From the IMG/VR virus record IMGVR_UViG_3300044691_000566, positions 1-64,000 of that record: a stretch of DNA of 64,000 bases; one strand, written 5' to 3'. This DNA is from a virus. Both the position numbers and the translations under genes were made by a program. The notes below the pieces were generated by a model, which worked only from the letters and a program-made list of their open reading frames with translations, ran no database searches and was not told the origin of the DNA. Within the stretch, counting starts at the first letter, position 1. The number at the start of each line of letters is the position of its first letter. Shown here piece by piece: positions 19,356 through 29,408 of this stretch.

Positions 19356-20426
19356 ATGAGCAACAAGAAGTTCCCCGACGAGGTCACAACGGCCATGGAA
19401 CTGGCCGAGGTTGCGGGCTGGCCCGTCTCCAACCGGAATCGGAAGATCATCATCACCGTGCCCGGCGGGGAGCCCCTGCCGGACGGGGAGCAGTCGATGC
19501 CCGTCGCCATCACCATCGGCCACTCCCCGAACGCGGAGTCGCTGAAGGTCTTCCGGGCCAACTGCCGCACTTACGGCCTCTACGGCCAGGGCCCGGCCCG
19601 CACCCCCGCCCAGACCATGCGGCTGCACGCTGAAGTCGAGGCACGGGGGCTGAAGGAGGCCGACGACATCAACGCCAAGCGCAAGGCGTACGAGAAGGCC
19701 GAGCAGGCCAAGCGCAACGCCATAGAGCTGACCCGGGTGAAGGCCGACGCGGCCACCCAGCAGGGAATGACCAAGCCCGAGGAGACTGTCATGTCCGAGA
19801 TCACCACTCCCGGCGGCCTCTTCCCCGCCTTCGATCCGACCCTGCTCGGCACCAAGGAGAGCGCCCCCTTCCGGCTGGGTACCGGCATGTACTACTGCAT
19901 CGAGTGCTGGCAGCACGAGAAGAAGAGCACCTTCAGGGCCCCCCAGGGCCTTGCCGCCCACCGGGGCGTCCGCCACCAGATGTACCCAGGAGACGTTCAG
20001 GTGCGGCCTGAGACCAGCCGCGTGACCCTCCCCGAAGACGTCCAGGTCGCCTTCGACATGCTGCGGTCCACCGTGGCCGAGGCCATGGGCGACGGGTCGG
20101 CCGTCGACCTGGCCGCCAAGGACACCGAGCTGGTGGCCCTGAAGCAGAAGCTCGCCGACGCGGAGGGGGAGCTGGAGCGTTCGGTCGCCCAGGTCGACAA
20201 GGACCGGGCCGACTTCGACAAGCGGTTCCTGGAGGCCCAGACCTCGGCTGACAAGAAGCTGGTCGAGCTGGAGGCCGAGCTGGCCGCGAAGCACCGGGCG
20301 GAGAAGGACGCGATGCTTCAGCGGGTCCTCGTCACGCTGAAGGAGATCCTGGGAGTCATCGAAAACTCCACCCCGATCCAGGCTGTCGGCAAGGTGGACG
20401 AGATCGTGCGGAAATTCTTGTCCTGA
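19356..20426 (+). CDS. coiled-coil protein with C2H2-type Zn finger
   Basis: CIEC...H..RH followed by long coiled coil; cassette promoter at 19288. Confidence 0.7.
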   Translation: MSNKKFPDEVTTAMELAEVAGWPVSNRNRKIIITVPGGEPLPDGEQSMPVAITIGHSPNAESLKVFRANCRTYGLYGQGPARTPAQTMRLHAEVEARGLKEADDINAKRKAYEKAEQAKRNAIELTRVKADAATQQGMTKPEETVMSEITTPGGLFPAFDPTLLGTKESAPFRLGTGMYYCIECWQHEKKSTFRAPQGLAAHRGVRHQMYPGDVQVRPETSRVTLPEDVQVAFDMLRSTVAEAMGDGSAVDLAAKDTELVALKQKLADAEGELERSVAQVDKDRADFDKRFLEAQTSADKKLVELEAELAAKHRAEKDAMLQRVLVTLKEILGVIENSTPIQAVGKVDEIVRKFLS

Positions 20427-20529
20427 CAAGGGGCGGCAGGCCCCGAAGCAGATCGGGGCCTGCCGCGCTTGTAGTACCAAGGATTCTTGGGGTAGCATTT
20501 TGCCAGGTCAAACACCTGGGAGAAGGAAA

Positions 20530-21012
20530 ATGAAGCGCAGCGATCTGATTGTGGGAGAGCGGTACGCGGGTCCTGGAGACGGGTGTTACGAGATCGTAGA
20601 CCTGTCTCCTGGATGGCGGATCGACAACCAGGGCCAGTGGGTCGAGGACGGTACCACCAGCACCCGGCACATGCCGGGCAAGGGAGACGTCCCCTACCGG
20701 TCCAACCTCGCCCTGAGGGCGCACCTCCTTGTGGACGGCACGCCCATCGGGGACCGACAGCGGACGGTGGTGGACCCCCGCAAACTGACCGGGCCCTGGT
20801 CCGAGCACGAGAGCACCCGGAATACGCACGAGACCCGGCGTGTACACGCCAATCGACTCATGACGCTGATGCGTCGGAATCTGAGGGGGTACCCCGGCTA
20901 CAAGCCCGGACCGATGACGGCCTACCAGGTGTCACAGGACGGACTCGCTGTCACCCTCCCCGTGGAGGACCTGTCCGCCCTGGTGGACATGGCCTTCCGG
21001 AGTCCCGAATAG
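20530..21012 (+). CDS. hypothetical protein
   Basis: AAGGA RBS, promoter variant at 20469. Confidence 0.65.
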   Translation: MKRSDLIVGERYAGPGDGCYEIVDLSPGWRIDNQGQWVEDGTTSTRHMPGKGDVPYRSNLALRAHLLVDGTPIGDRQRTVVDPRKLTGPWSEHESTRNTHETRRVHANRLMTLMRRNLRGYPGYKPGPMTAYQVSQDGLAVTLPVEDLSALVDMAFRSPE

Positions 21013-21027
21013 ATCCTGGAGACAACC

Positions 21028-21375
21028 ATGAAACACTTCCTCCCCTTCTTCGGGGGCCTCATCGGCTGGGCCATCGGCACCAGCGCCTTCCCGGGTTCCG
21101 CACCCGACAACCAGCTCCTGTTCGGCCTCCTGGCGGGAGGGTTCCTCTTCCTGATCCTGGGCGCGTGGATCTGGGTGCTCCCGACCATCCCTCCGCCCAC
21201 CCGGGAGGAGTTGGAGTACCGGGCCTGGGAGGCGTCCTGGACGCCTCCGCCGCCTCCGGTCTACTACCCCCAGCGTGACCTGCATGCGGAGCACCAGCAG
21301 CACTTGCAGGACCAGGCCCGGTACTTGTGGCTGGGTGGTGACCGGAACATTCCGCCCGGTGACTGGTACGCCTGA
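21028..21375 (+). CDS. small membrane protein
   Basis: Two TM segments, Pro-rich tail. Confidence 0.65.
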   Translation: MKHFLPFFGGLIGWAIGTSAFPGSAPDNQLLFGLLAGGFLFLILGAWIWVLPTIPPPTREELEYRAWEASWTPPPPPVYYPQRDLHAEHQQHLQDQARYLWLGGDRNIPPGDWYA

Positions 21376-21470
21376 CCGATTTTAAAACCCTGCCAGAGAG
21401 GGGTAGCGCTCCAAGGATTCTTGGAGTAAAGTCACCCATGTCAGAACAACCGACTCCTCAGGAGGCCACC

Positions 21471-22376
21471 ATGGCAGCAGAGTTGCAGACCTTCACCCGG
21501 CGGATGATGGAGGGGGTCCTCGCGGACCACGCCGCCACCACCGAGCACAACCCCTACTGCTGCCAGATGGCCCGTGAATACGCCGACCGCCTGGGCATGG
21601 AGACGACCCCCGCTGCGGCCCCGCAGACGGCCCCCAAGCCCTCCGAGACGCCTGCCGCCAGGGTCCCGGCGCCCCGCACGGACAAGCCCGCCGTGGACGC
21701 CTCCAAGCCCGCGTCGGACCGGCAGCTCGACTACATCGTCTCCCTCGGCCGCCGGGTGGGTCAGAGTCTGATCTCCCCCCAGCACCGCGAGCAGCTCAAG
21801 GTCGCCCGGGAGGGCGGGAGCCTGAACCGCCAGGAGGCCGCCGACCTGATCGAGGCGCTCAAGGCCCAGACCGACGAGCGCCCGCGCCCGGCGTCCGACC
21901 GGCAGATCAAGTTCATCCACTCCCTGGTCAAGACCAAGGACTGGGCCGGGACGATCGACTTCGAGAAGCTCACCTCGGCCACGGCGTCCGACCTGATAGT
22001 GGAGCTGAAGGCGGCCCCCGCGAAGCCGAAGGCCGATGACGAGGTGGACGTCGTCCACACCCCCTCCAGCCGCTATGTCCCTGACGAGGGGTACTACTTC
22101 GTGGACGGGACCTACTACAAGGTCCAGGATCCGAAGGTCAACGGCGGTGGCCGCTACGCCAGCAATTGGCACCCCGATGCCGAGAAGTGGAACTACGCCG
22201 GTCAGAAGTACTTCCGGCTGCTGACCCAGGACAAGAAGCTCACCGCCGAGCAGGCGACGGCCTTCGGGACCCTGTACGGACGCTGCATCGTCCGTGGGTG
22301 CCCGCTGACCGACGCGGAGTCGATACGGCGCGGCTACGGCCCGATCTGCGCGGAGCGCATGGGCTGGCCCCTCTGA
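21471..22376 (+). CDS. DUF6011-like protein with repeated ASDRQ helical units
   Basis: Two PASDRQ..I repeats; C-terminal C..LTDAESIRRGYGPICA. Confidence 0.7.
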   Translation: MAAELQTFTRRMMEGVLADHAATTEHNPYCCQMAREYADRLGMETTPAAAPQTAPKPSETPAARVPAPRTDKPAVDASKPASDRQLDYIVSLGRRVGQSLISPQHREQLKVAREGGSLNRQEAADLIEALKAQTDERPRPASDRQIKFIHSLVKTKDWAGTIDFEKLTSATASDLIVELKAAPAKPKADDEVDVVHTPSSRYVPDEGYYFVDGTYYKVQDPKVNGGGRYASNWHPDAEKWNYAGQKYFRLLTQDKKLTAEQATAFGTLYGRCIVRGCPLTDAESIRRGYGPICAERMGWPL

Positions 22377-22383
22377 TCCACCT

Positions 22384-22405
22384 GGCGGGGCCTTCGGGCC
22401 CCGCC
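22384..22405 (+). terminator. hairpin with TTCG tetraloop
   Basis: GGCGGGGCC-TTCG-GGCCCCGCC. Confidence 0.6.
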
Positions 22406-22452
22406 GCCCCTCCCGCCAGAATCACCTTCCCAACAGACCCCTGGAGGTCACG

Positions 22453-23175
22453 ATGACCACGAACACGAACATGGACAAGGCCCCGCTTCCCGTCCTGGAG
22501 GCCGACGGCCACGCCAACCCGCTGTACGACACCGACAGCCACGGCAACATCACCTCCGAGGTGGAGGACTTCAGCATGGGGCTGTCGTGGGAGGAGAAGG
22601 GCGCGGGCCAGAAGAAGAAGGCCGCCGACCGCGTGAAGCTCTTCATCGGCAAGCAGAAGGGCGACATCGCCACCAACCTGTCCGACCTGGACGCGGGCGC
22701 CCTGTTCTTCGTCGTGGGCAACAAGCCGACCAAGTACTTGGGCTTCGACAACTTCAACCCGTTCAAGGACGAGATGGAGCCCGGCGCCGCGCAGTCGGCC
22801 GTCCACTCCGGCGACAACCAGACCGGTGCGGGCGACGGCGACGACGAGACGATCACTCTGCGCCTGAAGCTGATCCCCCGCCGTTTCACCCGCATCCTGA
22901 TCGTGGTCGGGGCCTTCAAGAAGGGCTCCGATGTCGAGGCCACCACCGACATGAAGGCCACGATCTACGACAACACCGGGGGCACCTCCCAGGCCATGGC
23001 CGTGATCGAGCCGTCGCTCCTGGAGGACAAGCACATTCTGCCGGTCGCCCGGCTGGACCGTGTGCCCGGCACCGACCGCTGGACCCTCACCGTCTGCGAC
23101 GGCTCGTTCAACATCACCCAGGGCGACATGAAGAGCCTGCTGCGGGCCTCCATGAACGCCATGGCCGCCCACTGA
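22453..23175 (+). CDS. TerD-family protein
   Basis: MGLSW, DLDA, HSGDNQTGAGDGDDETI signature. Confidence 0.9.
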   Translation: MTTNTNMDKAPLPVLEADGHANPLYDTDSHGNITSEVEDFSMGLSWEEKGAGQKKKAADRVKLFIGKQKGDIATNLSDLDAGALFFVVGNKPTKYLGFDNFNPFKDEMEPGAAQSAVHSGDNQTGAGDGDDETITLRLKLIPRRFTRILIVVGAFKKGSDVEATTDMKATIYDNTGGTSQAMAVIEPSLLEDKHILPVARLDRVPGTDRWTLTVCDGSFNITQGDMKSLLRASMNAMAAH

Positions 23176-23233
23176 TCCACCGCACCACCGGCCGGGGCCT
23201 CCGGGTCCCGGCCGTCCTGCCAGAGACACACAG

Positions 23234-23911
23234 ATGGGGAGCATCATGAACGAGAAGAATCAGGTGGGGGTGCGCAGCAACAGCACTTCCGCCTCTGCCG
23301 TCTCCCGGCGGCTCATCGCGCTGGGCTACACGAAGTACGCCGAGAACGATCGGCACAACGGCGGCTATTGCTGCACCGGCTGGGGAGGGACCGACACCAA
23401 GGGCGGCGTCCTGGTCAAAGTCGAGTACCGGCGCCCTGGCCGGGGGATGCGGGGCAAGCCGTCCGAGGAGACCCTCAACGGGATCCGCCGCGAGAAGCTG
23501 ATCGAGATGTCGAAGGGCTTGCGGGAGGCGGCCTACTACGTCTCGTGGGGCTGGGACGAGGAGACCGGCGACCCGGACACTTCGTTCATCGTCGCCTCGG
23601 TGTCCCCGGCGCGGGACGAGACCGGCGGCGCCGCTCTGTCCCCGGAGCACCAGGTCGAGCACGTGAACACGTCTTCCGCGACCAGCTATCCGGAGGAACT
23701 GCGACGCCTGCTGATCTCCTTGCCGGAGATCGAGGAGGCCGCCGCCGAGATTTTCCGGGCCCACAACTCGGGGAAAGACGACCCGGCCCGGCGTATGGAG
23801 CACAAGCTGTACCAGCAGGTCCTGCTGGCCATCGTCGGCGGAGGAGAGGGGACTCCTCGCGAGATGGCCGCCGCCGCCCTGATCACCCAGCACCTGGGCT
23901 TCCCCCGGTGA
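23234..23911 (+). CDS. hypothetical protein
   Basis: ORF with codon bias. Confidence 0.6.
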   Translation: MGSIMNEKNQVGVRSNSTSASAVSRRLIALGYTKYAENDRHNGGYCCTGWGGTDTKGGVLVKVEYRRPGRGMRGKPSEETLNGIRREKLIEMSKGLREAAYYVSWGWDEETGDPDTSFIVASVSPARDETGGAALSPEHQVEHVNTSSATSYPEELRRLLISLPEIEEAAAEIFRAHNSGKDDPARRMEHKLYQQVLLAIVGGGEGTPREMAAAALITQHLGFPR

Positions 23912-24129
23912 AGAAGTACCTGGTGTGCCCTGGCGAAGTGCATTCGGTCAACGACGGCCAGGTCCACTTCGTCGGGGCCCGCACCTTGATGCTGCTTTAC
24001 CAGGTGAGGCCGGAGGAGTGCGTGATCCACCATCCGGACACCCCGATGCGGAGCCACCCGGCCCATCTGATCCGGCTGACCCCCCGGGAAGATGGGCAGT
24101 ACCCCCTCGTCAAGCGACCGACCCCTTAG
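23908..24129 (+). CDS. small phage protein
   Basis: GTGA coupling; KYLVCPG..S.NDGQ.H..G...L..LY pattern. Confidence 0.6.
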   Translation: MKKYLVCPGEVHSVNDGQVHFVGARTLMLLYQVRPEECVIHHPDTPMRSHPAHLIRLTPREDGQYPLVKRPTP

Positions 24130-24145
24130 GCGTAAGGACCACTCC

Positions 24146-24697
24146 ATGGGCGACACAGGAACGACCTACCAGGGCGCGCTCATCATCGAGCCTCCGCTGA
24201 ACCCGCGTGAGGTCCGGGCCCTCGCGGCCTTCTTCGACAGCCGCCGAATACAGACGGAGGGCGGTCCGCTGGACTGCCGCACCCTGCCGGGGTTCCACCC
24301 CGACATCATCGACATGAACCGGCCCCCGAAGGGCCAGCCGGGTCTGTGGTGCGACCTGCGGGTGTCGGAGGACGGCAAGACCCTGGAGTGGGACGGCACC
24401 CGCCACACGACCCCTCCGGACCTGGACAAGTGGATCGCCTACGTGATCGACCATCTGCTGAAACCCGATGCCGAGTTCGACATTCGGGAGCGGAACTTCG
24501 ACCTGAGCCAGATGTCCGACGAGGACCTCCTGCACTACTTCACCTTCGACCACTACGTCAACGGCATCCTGGAGGCCGAGGGGGACGGGGACACCTGGAA
24601 GGTCTACGTCATCGACAACGAGGTCTCGGTGGTGCGCCCCTTCTCTCCGCTGCCCATCGCCGTGCCTGCGGAGGATGACGATGACGACGAGGGGTGA
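24146..24697 (+). CDS. hypothetical protein, paralogous to 26115..26615
   Basis: Shared N-terminus MG...G...I.PPLN..E. Confidence 0.7.
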   Translation: MGDTGTTYQGALIIEPPLNPREVRALAAFFDSRRIQTEGGPLDCRTLPGFHPDIIDMNRPPKGQPGLWCDLRVSEDGKTLEWDGTRHTTPPDLDKWIAYVIDHLLKPDAEFDIRERNFDLSQMSDEDLLHYFTFDHYVNGILEAEGDGDTWKVYVIDNEVSVVRPFSPLPIAVPAEDDDDDEG

Positions 24698-25142
24698 GCT
24701 GCCGGAGGCCGAGATCTTCGATGCCGACGGGACGCTCTGGAACGTGCAGCCCATCCGGCACCTTCTTCAGAGGTCCGGTTCCAGGAATTTCCACGCCTTC
24801 CACATGGAGTCGGTGAACTGCGAGCCCAACTGGGAGGTCCTGGAGGGCCTCAACGCCGCTCACGCGGCCGGGAAGGCCGTCCTGCTGGTCACGGCCCGGT
24901 CGACGCTCTACAGGAACGTGACGGCCTTCTGGCTGGCCATGTGGGCGGCCCCCACTGACGCGATGTTCATGCGCAGGCACGGGGACCAGCGTGCGGACGT
25001 GCTGGTGAAGAAGGACATCGCCGCGAGCATCCTGGCGCGTTGGCGGGTGACCCGGGCGTGGGACGACAACCCCAACGTGTGGGGGCTCTGGGAGTCATTG
25101 GAGATCCCGGTGAGGAAAGTGCCGGGCTGGATCGACATCTAG
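24675..25142 (+). CDS. HAD-family phosphatase, PNKP phosphatase-domain-like
   Basis: FDADGTL, VTAR, FMR..GDQR.D..VK, WDDNP. Confidence 0.85.
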   Translation: MTMTTRGELPEAEIFDADGTLWNVQPIRHLLQRSGSRNFHAFHMESVNCEPNWEVLEGLNAAHAAGKAVLLVTARSTLYRNVTAFWLAMWAAPTDAMFMRRHGDQRADVLVKKDIAASILARWRVTRAWDDNPNVWGLWESLEIPVRKVPGWIDI

Positions 25143-25207
25143 CTCTCCAACAATCCTTGTGGTAACCTGCTGTAGCAGGAACTCACCCGACTCCTCAGGA
25201 GGCCACT

Positions 25208-25684
25208 GTGCGCATCTACCTCTTCACCATCGACGGGACGCCCGGAGCCCGCACCGAGCTTCACGGCGCGCAGGCCGCCCTGGAGGACCACTTCCGGAAG
25301 CGCCAGGACGTCTCCGACGTCTGGTGGGACGACGAGGACCCTTACAACCCTCGGCTGTATTTGTACGGCCCCACCCATGCCGACTGGGCGTCTTTGGCCG
25401 AGCCCTGGGATTCCGACATCAGCTTCGAGGAGATCGGCTCGGTCATCTTCCCCCTCGACCTGGCCGAGGTGCCCTCCGAACCGCCGCTTAGCATCCTGGA
25501 CCCGGCCGGGGCCCGGCTCTCCCTGTCGGTGACCACTAGAAAGGGCACCGAGACCGTCACCCGCGTCATTCCCGAGGTCGAGTGGCGGGAGGCGGCGCTG
25601 AGTCGCGGTTCCATACTGGGCAGATTCGCGATGGACACCGCCCTGGCCATGGGCATCCGATGGAGTACCCAGGAGGGGTCATGA
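25208..25684 (+). CDS. hypothetical protein
   Basis: Cassette promoter and GGAGG RBS. Confidence 0.65.
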   Translation: MRIYLFTIDGTPGARTELHGAQAALEDHFRKRQDVSDVWWDDEDPYNPRLYLYGPTHADWASLAEPWDSDISFEEIGSVIFPLDLAEVPSEPPLSILDPAGARLSLSVTTRKGTETVTRVIPEVEWREAALSRGSILGRFAMDTALAMGIRWSTQEGS

Positions 25685-26043
25685 ACAGAAACTTCCGCGA
25701 AGTATTGGCGACCAAGGGCATCCTCAGCGGTGGCGACCTGGGGGAGTACCTGGAGGCCAAGGCGGTCATCTACTTCCTGATGGCGGGCGGGGACCCCCGG
25801 GCCGAGCTGCGGCACTGGGCGGACGGCCTCCACGATGTGCTCACCTTCCGGCCCGAGCACCCGCGCACGATGAGCGTGGGGGCGATGCGGCGCAAGACCG
25901 TGGAGGCGGCCCAGGAGGAGGCCCTGAAGCTCCTGGGGATCAAAGAGTGGAGCAGGTCGCCCTTCTCCAACTGCTGGTTCCCCACGGACACGCTGACGCT
26001 CGCCTACGAGGAGTTCGGCTGGGAGCCGTCGCCGAAGGGTTGA
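25681..26043 (+). CDS. hypothetical protein
   Basis: ATGA coupling; stop lies inside the next -35 box. Confidence 0.65.
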   Translation: MNRNFREVLATKGILSGGDLGEYLEAKAVIYFLMAGGDPRAELRHWADGLHDVLTFRPEHPRTMSVGAMRRKTVEAAQEEALKLLGIKEWSRSPFSNCWFPTDTLTLAYEEFGWEPSPKG

Positions 26044-26114
26044 CACTCCAGGAATCCTCGTAGTAGTGTTGACCACGTCAAGACCGCAGCAGACCGACTC
26101 CTCGGGAGGCCACC
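26040..26114 (+). promoter_or_regulatory. cassette promoter with TTGAC-CAC-GTCAA palindrome and SD hairpin
   Basis: TTGACA-18bp-TAGTGT; TTGACCACGTCAA; GACTCC-TCG-GGAGG. Confidence 0.85.
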
Positions 26115-26615
26115 ATGGGCACCAACTACAGCTTCGACGGCGGTGTCACGATCGACCCGCCGCTGAACTACTCGGAGATCCGCACCGCCCGCAAGACCGC
26201 GCTCGACCTGGTCCGCCAGCACGAAAAGCGGTACGCCACCGAGGAGAACGTCTTCAGCACGTACATGCCGCTGGCGCTGACGCTGGACACCTTCGACAAG
26301 ACCACCGAGGAGGGCGTTCTGACGGTCACCCGGGCCATCGCCCTGAAGGCCCCCTCGTCCGAGCACTTCCTGCCCATGGACATGGACGTGCTCGTGCGGG
26401 CCCTCATCAAGGCGCTGCCGGGCCACAACTGGACGGGCAGCGTCACCGCCGTCCACGAGGACCGCCTGACCGGCTACAAGCTGACGGTGAAGGCCGACGG
26501 CAGCGGGCAGTCGGTGGACAGTCCCGAGGTGGTCCGACACATCAAGGGGTCCTCCTACATGGTGTGGTCCGACAACGGAGAGTCCGAGTCCGTCTCGCTG
26601 GTGGACCTCATCTGA
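26115..26615 (+). CDS. hypothetical protein
   Basis: Cassette-led, paralog of 24146. Confidence 0.7.
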   Translation: MGTNYSFDGGVTIDPPLNYSEIRTARKTALDLVRQHEKRYATEENVFSTYMPLALTLDTFDKTTEEGVLTVTRAIALKAPSSEHFLPMDMDVLVRALIKALPGHNWTGSVTAVHEDRLTGYKLTVKADGSGQSVDSPEVVRHIKGSSYMVWSDNGESESVSLVDLI

Positions 26616-26878
26616 GGTTGAACAACCAAGAATTCTGCGAGTAGGATGACGATCTCATAGTCCTACTGGCAGGCCGGAGGCCGGAGTTGTCAGACCTCTG
26701 GAGTCTGGGGGTCATGGAGCGCCTGGCAGCTCAGTCGCTGCTCCAGAGCGTCCCCATGACCGTCGGCAACGTCACCACCATCACCTTGCCCATGACCGCG
26801 TTCGAGTTTTCAACGATCGCGTTCGGGGCCGATCACCGGGCACCACAGCCCACCATGTCTCTCAAGGAGAACAAGCAA

Positions 26879-27343
26879 GTGGCGAACAACAGCAAGGCGT
26901 TCAAGCTCACCTTCCTCGACGGCTCCGAGCGCACGATCGAGGCGGAGAACGTCACCGAGACCGAGGAGGGCCGCCTGGTCTTCCTGGGGAAGGTCGACGG
27001 CGAGTCCTACAGCAGCAGCACGATCGCTTCCATCCTGGCCAGCCAGGTCATGGAGTACGGCGTCGTCCAGGCCAAGGACGAGGTGACCACGGGTGCCCAC
27101 ACCTACCGCGTCGTCCTCCACAACGGCGACTTCCTGGAGGTCGAGGCCGACAAGGTCATGTACACCCAGGGCAACGAGAAGGGCGCGGGCCAGTACACCC
27201 TCGTGACCAAGCCGCGCAGCGGCGATTACCGGACCGAGCTGGTCATCGGTGAGCCCGAGGTCCACTCGATCTCCCGCGTCACCGACGTGCCCACCGTCCC
27301 GGCGCCCACCAAGGGCAAGAAGGCCGACGCCGTCCACGCCTGA
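26879..27343 (+). CDS. hypothetical protein with internal two-fold repeat
   Basis: AAGGAG RBS; F..DG....IEAE and Y..HNG....VEAD repeats. Confidence 0.65.
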   Translation: MANNSKAFKLTFLDGSERTIEAENVTETEEGRLVFLGKVDGESYSSSTIASILASQVMEYGVVQAKDEVTTGAHTYRVVLHNGDFLEVEADKVMYTQGNEKGAGQYTLVTKPRSGDYRTELVIGEPEVHSISRVTDVPTVPAPTKGKKADAVHA

Positions 27344-27409
27344 TCCACCGGCATCATGGGGCCGGTCCCTCCACGGGGACCGGCCCCTGTGGCATATCTG
27401 GAGGCAGAA

Positions 27410-27631
27410 ATGGCCAAGCGCATCGAGCGTCGCACCTGTCGGGTGATCTACGCCATCCCGTCCCCGAGTCCGTTGGACGTGTTGGAGAAGGAGATCGGCT
27501 TCATCCGGAAGGAGTACCAGGAGCGGTTCGGGGAGCTGTGGGACAACGTCCCCATGATCGAGTCGCATGACGACGAGATCCACCTCTGGTACGAGGTGAA
27601 GGAGGATGCGAAGGAGGTCGCGGGGTCTTGA
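27410..27631 (+). CDS. hypothetical protein
   Basis: GGAGG RBS; stop inside next -35 box. Confidence 0.6.
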   Translation: MAKRIERRTCRVIYAIPSPSPLDVLEKEIGFIRKEYQERFGELWDNVPMIESHDDEIHLWYEVKEDAKEVAGS

Positions 27632-27697
27632 CTCTCCAACAATCCTTGGGGTAGTCTTGTCTTTGTCAGGACGACACCGACTCCACTGGAGGCCACC

Positions 27698-28717
27698 ATG
27701 GCGAACATTCAGGACATGACCCCGGTCGAGATAGACACCGAGCTGTCGAATCTCTGGAACCAGGAAGCGGCGGCCGAGGACAAGGTCCGGCGCCTGACCG
27801 CCGAGCTGCACCAGGCGGTCGGCGACAACCCGCGCCGGGTGCGTGGTGCCCGGGGGCTGATCTTCGACCTCTCCCCGGAGGAGACCCTGAAGCTGGCCGT
27901 CATCAAGGCCCGTGCCCCGCGCACCGAGCAGGAGATGTGGGCCGCCGAGTCGATCGACAAGATCCTCACCGGGTGGGCGATGACCACGCGCCTTCTGGAG
28001 GACCTGACGGCCCGGATCAAGCCCTACGTGGACGAGTACGTTCGCCGGGGCGGCTGGAACCGCGTCTTCCTGGCCACCAGCCACGACGGCCACGCCCACA
28101 ACGGCCAGAACTGCTCCACCTGCCACCACGGCGAGTACAGCACCGGGTTCGCCTGGCTGATCCGCTACTCCGGCAAGGACGAGGACGAGATCGTCGCCGA
28201 CGCCGGGGAGCGCGCCTGCACCACCTGCTACCCGACCGCCCCGGTCAACGCCAAGGGCACCAAGATGTTCACCCCGGACGAGGAGGAGGCCGCCAAGCGC
28301 CGCCAGGAGCGCGAGGAGGTCAAGGCCAAGAAGGCGGCCGATGCCGACGCTAAGAGCATCACCACCCCTGAGGGCGGAACGCTCTCCGCGAGCAAGAACA
28401 ACGAGACCTGGTCCATCTGCAAGACCCTGCGCACCGCTGAGATCGCCGCCACCGACGCCCTGGTGGACCTGATCGACGTCCAGCGTCAGGCCCGTGACCC
28501 CGAGTTCGCGTGGCTCTTCCAGAACGGCCGCACCGTTGAGAAGCGCACGCTGGAGATTGCCCGGCACGCCTGGTGCCTGATCCGCTCGATCGCCGTCAAG
28601 AAGGGCCAGACCTTCCAGGAGGTCTTCGAGATCCACGACAAGAAGGCCCAGGCCAAGGTTCGCAAGATGGACCGCGAGTGGGCCAAGGACCCCCGGAACT
28701 CCATCCGCATCAAGTAG
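27698..28717 (+). CDS. actinophage protein with His/Cys metal site
   Basis: GW.R.FL...GH.H...CSTC...CTTCYP; cassette-led. Confidence 0.75.
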   Translation: MANIQDMTPVEIDTELSNLWNQEAAAEDKVRRLTAELHQAVGDNPRRVRGARGLIFDLSPEETLKLAVIKARAPRTEQEMWAAESIDKILTGWAMTTRLLEDLTARIKPYVDEYVRRGGWNRVFLATSHDGHAHNGQNCSTCHHGEYSTGFAWLIRYSGKDEDEIVADAGERACTTCYPTAPVNAKGTKMFTPDEEEAAKRRQEREEVKAKKAADADAKSITTPEGGTLSASKNNETWSICKTLRTAEIAATDALVDLIDVQRQARDPEFAWLFQNGRTVEKRTLEIARHAWCLIRSIAVKKGQTFQEVFEIHDKKAQAKVRKMDREWAKDPRNSIRIK

Positions 28718-28724
28718 TCCGACC

Positions 28725-28746
28725 GGGAGGGCCTTCGGGCCCTCCC
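28725..28746 (+). terminator. hairpin with TTCG loop
   Basis: GGGAGGGCC-TTCG-GGCCCTCCC. Confidence 0.6.
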
Positions 28747-28777
28747 TTCCCGCCAGAGATCCCGCCAGGAGGCCGTC

Positions 28778-29065
28778 ATGATCAAGCTCGCCGACTTGCA
28801 GACCGGCTACTTCGCCCACCCGGACCAGCCGGAGGCCCCGTTCCCCTTCGTCCACGCCATGAAGCCGGTCCTCGTGGGCCGGGAGATCGAACTCCAGCCC
28901 CTGTGCGACACGGCCATCCCGGACGGACACGAGTACCAGTGGTGCTCCAAGCACATCGAGTTCACCTACGTCGACTGCCAGCCGTGCCGGAACAAGCTGG
29001 ACCTGATAGCGATGGCGGAAGGGCGCGGGCAGCTCGCGCTGTTCCGGCACCCGTCGCACGTCTGA
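28778..29065 (+). CDS. small Zn-finger protein
   Basis: H...C...CxxC; AGGAGG RBS. Confidence 0.6.
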   Translation: MIKLADLQTGYFAHPDQPEAPFPFVHAMKPVLVGREIELQPLCDTAIPDGHEYQWCSKHIEFTYVDCQPCRNKLDLIAMAEGRGQLALFRHPSHV

Positions 29066-29139
29066 CCCATTGACGCCCCAAGGATTCCTGGAGTAGTCTT
29101 GACTCTGTCAGGACGACACCGACTCCTCTGGAGGCCACA

Positions 29140-29370
29140 ATGGCGATCTACATCAGCAGGAACCCGCAGACCGTCCTCCTCGCGGCGACCGTGGGAGCCC
29201 GTACCGCCGTGGGCTCCTTCGGGAGAGACCTCTTCGAGGCCGAGGGCGAGTGCCGGGACTGCGGGCACGTCGGTGACATGTACTTCTCCGAGATCGACGC
29301 CGAGACCGCTGTCGCCGAGTGCCCGAAGTGCGGCTGGGGTGTCCGGAAGTACACCGGCCCCGACGCCTGA
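29140..29370 (+). CDS. small Zn-ribbon protein
   Basis: CRDCG...CPKCG; cassette-led. Confidence 0.7.
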   Translation: MAIYISRNPQTVLLAATVGARTAVGSFGRDLFEAEGECRDCGHVGDMYFSEIDAETAVAECPKCGWGVRKYTGPDA

Positions 29371-29408
29371 CAGATTTTAAAATCCCTGCCTAGGCCCTGG
29401 AGGCCCCC

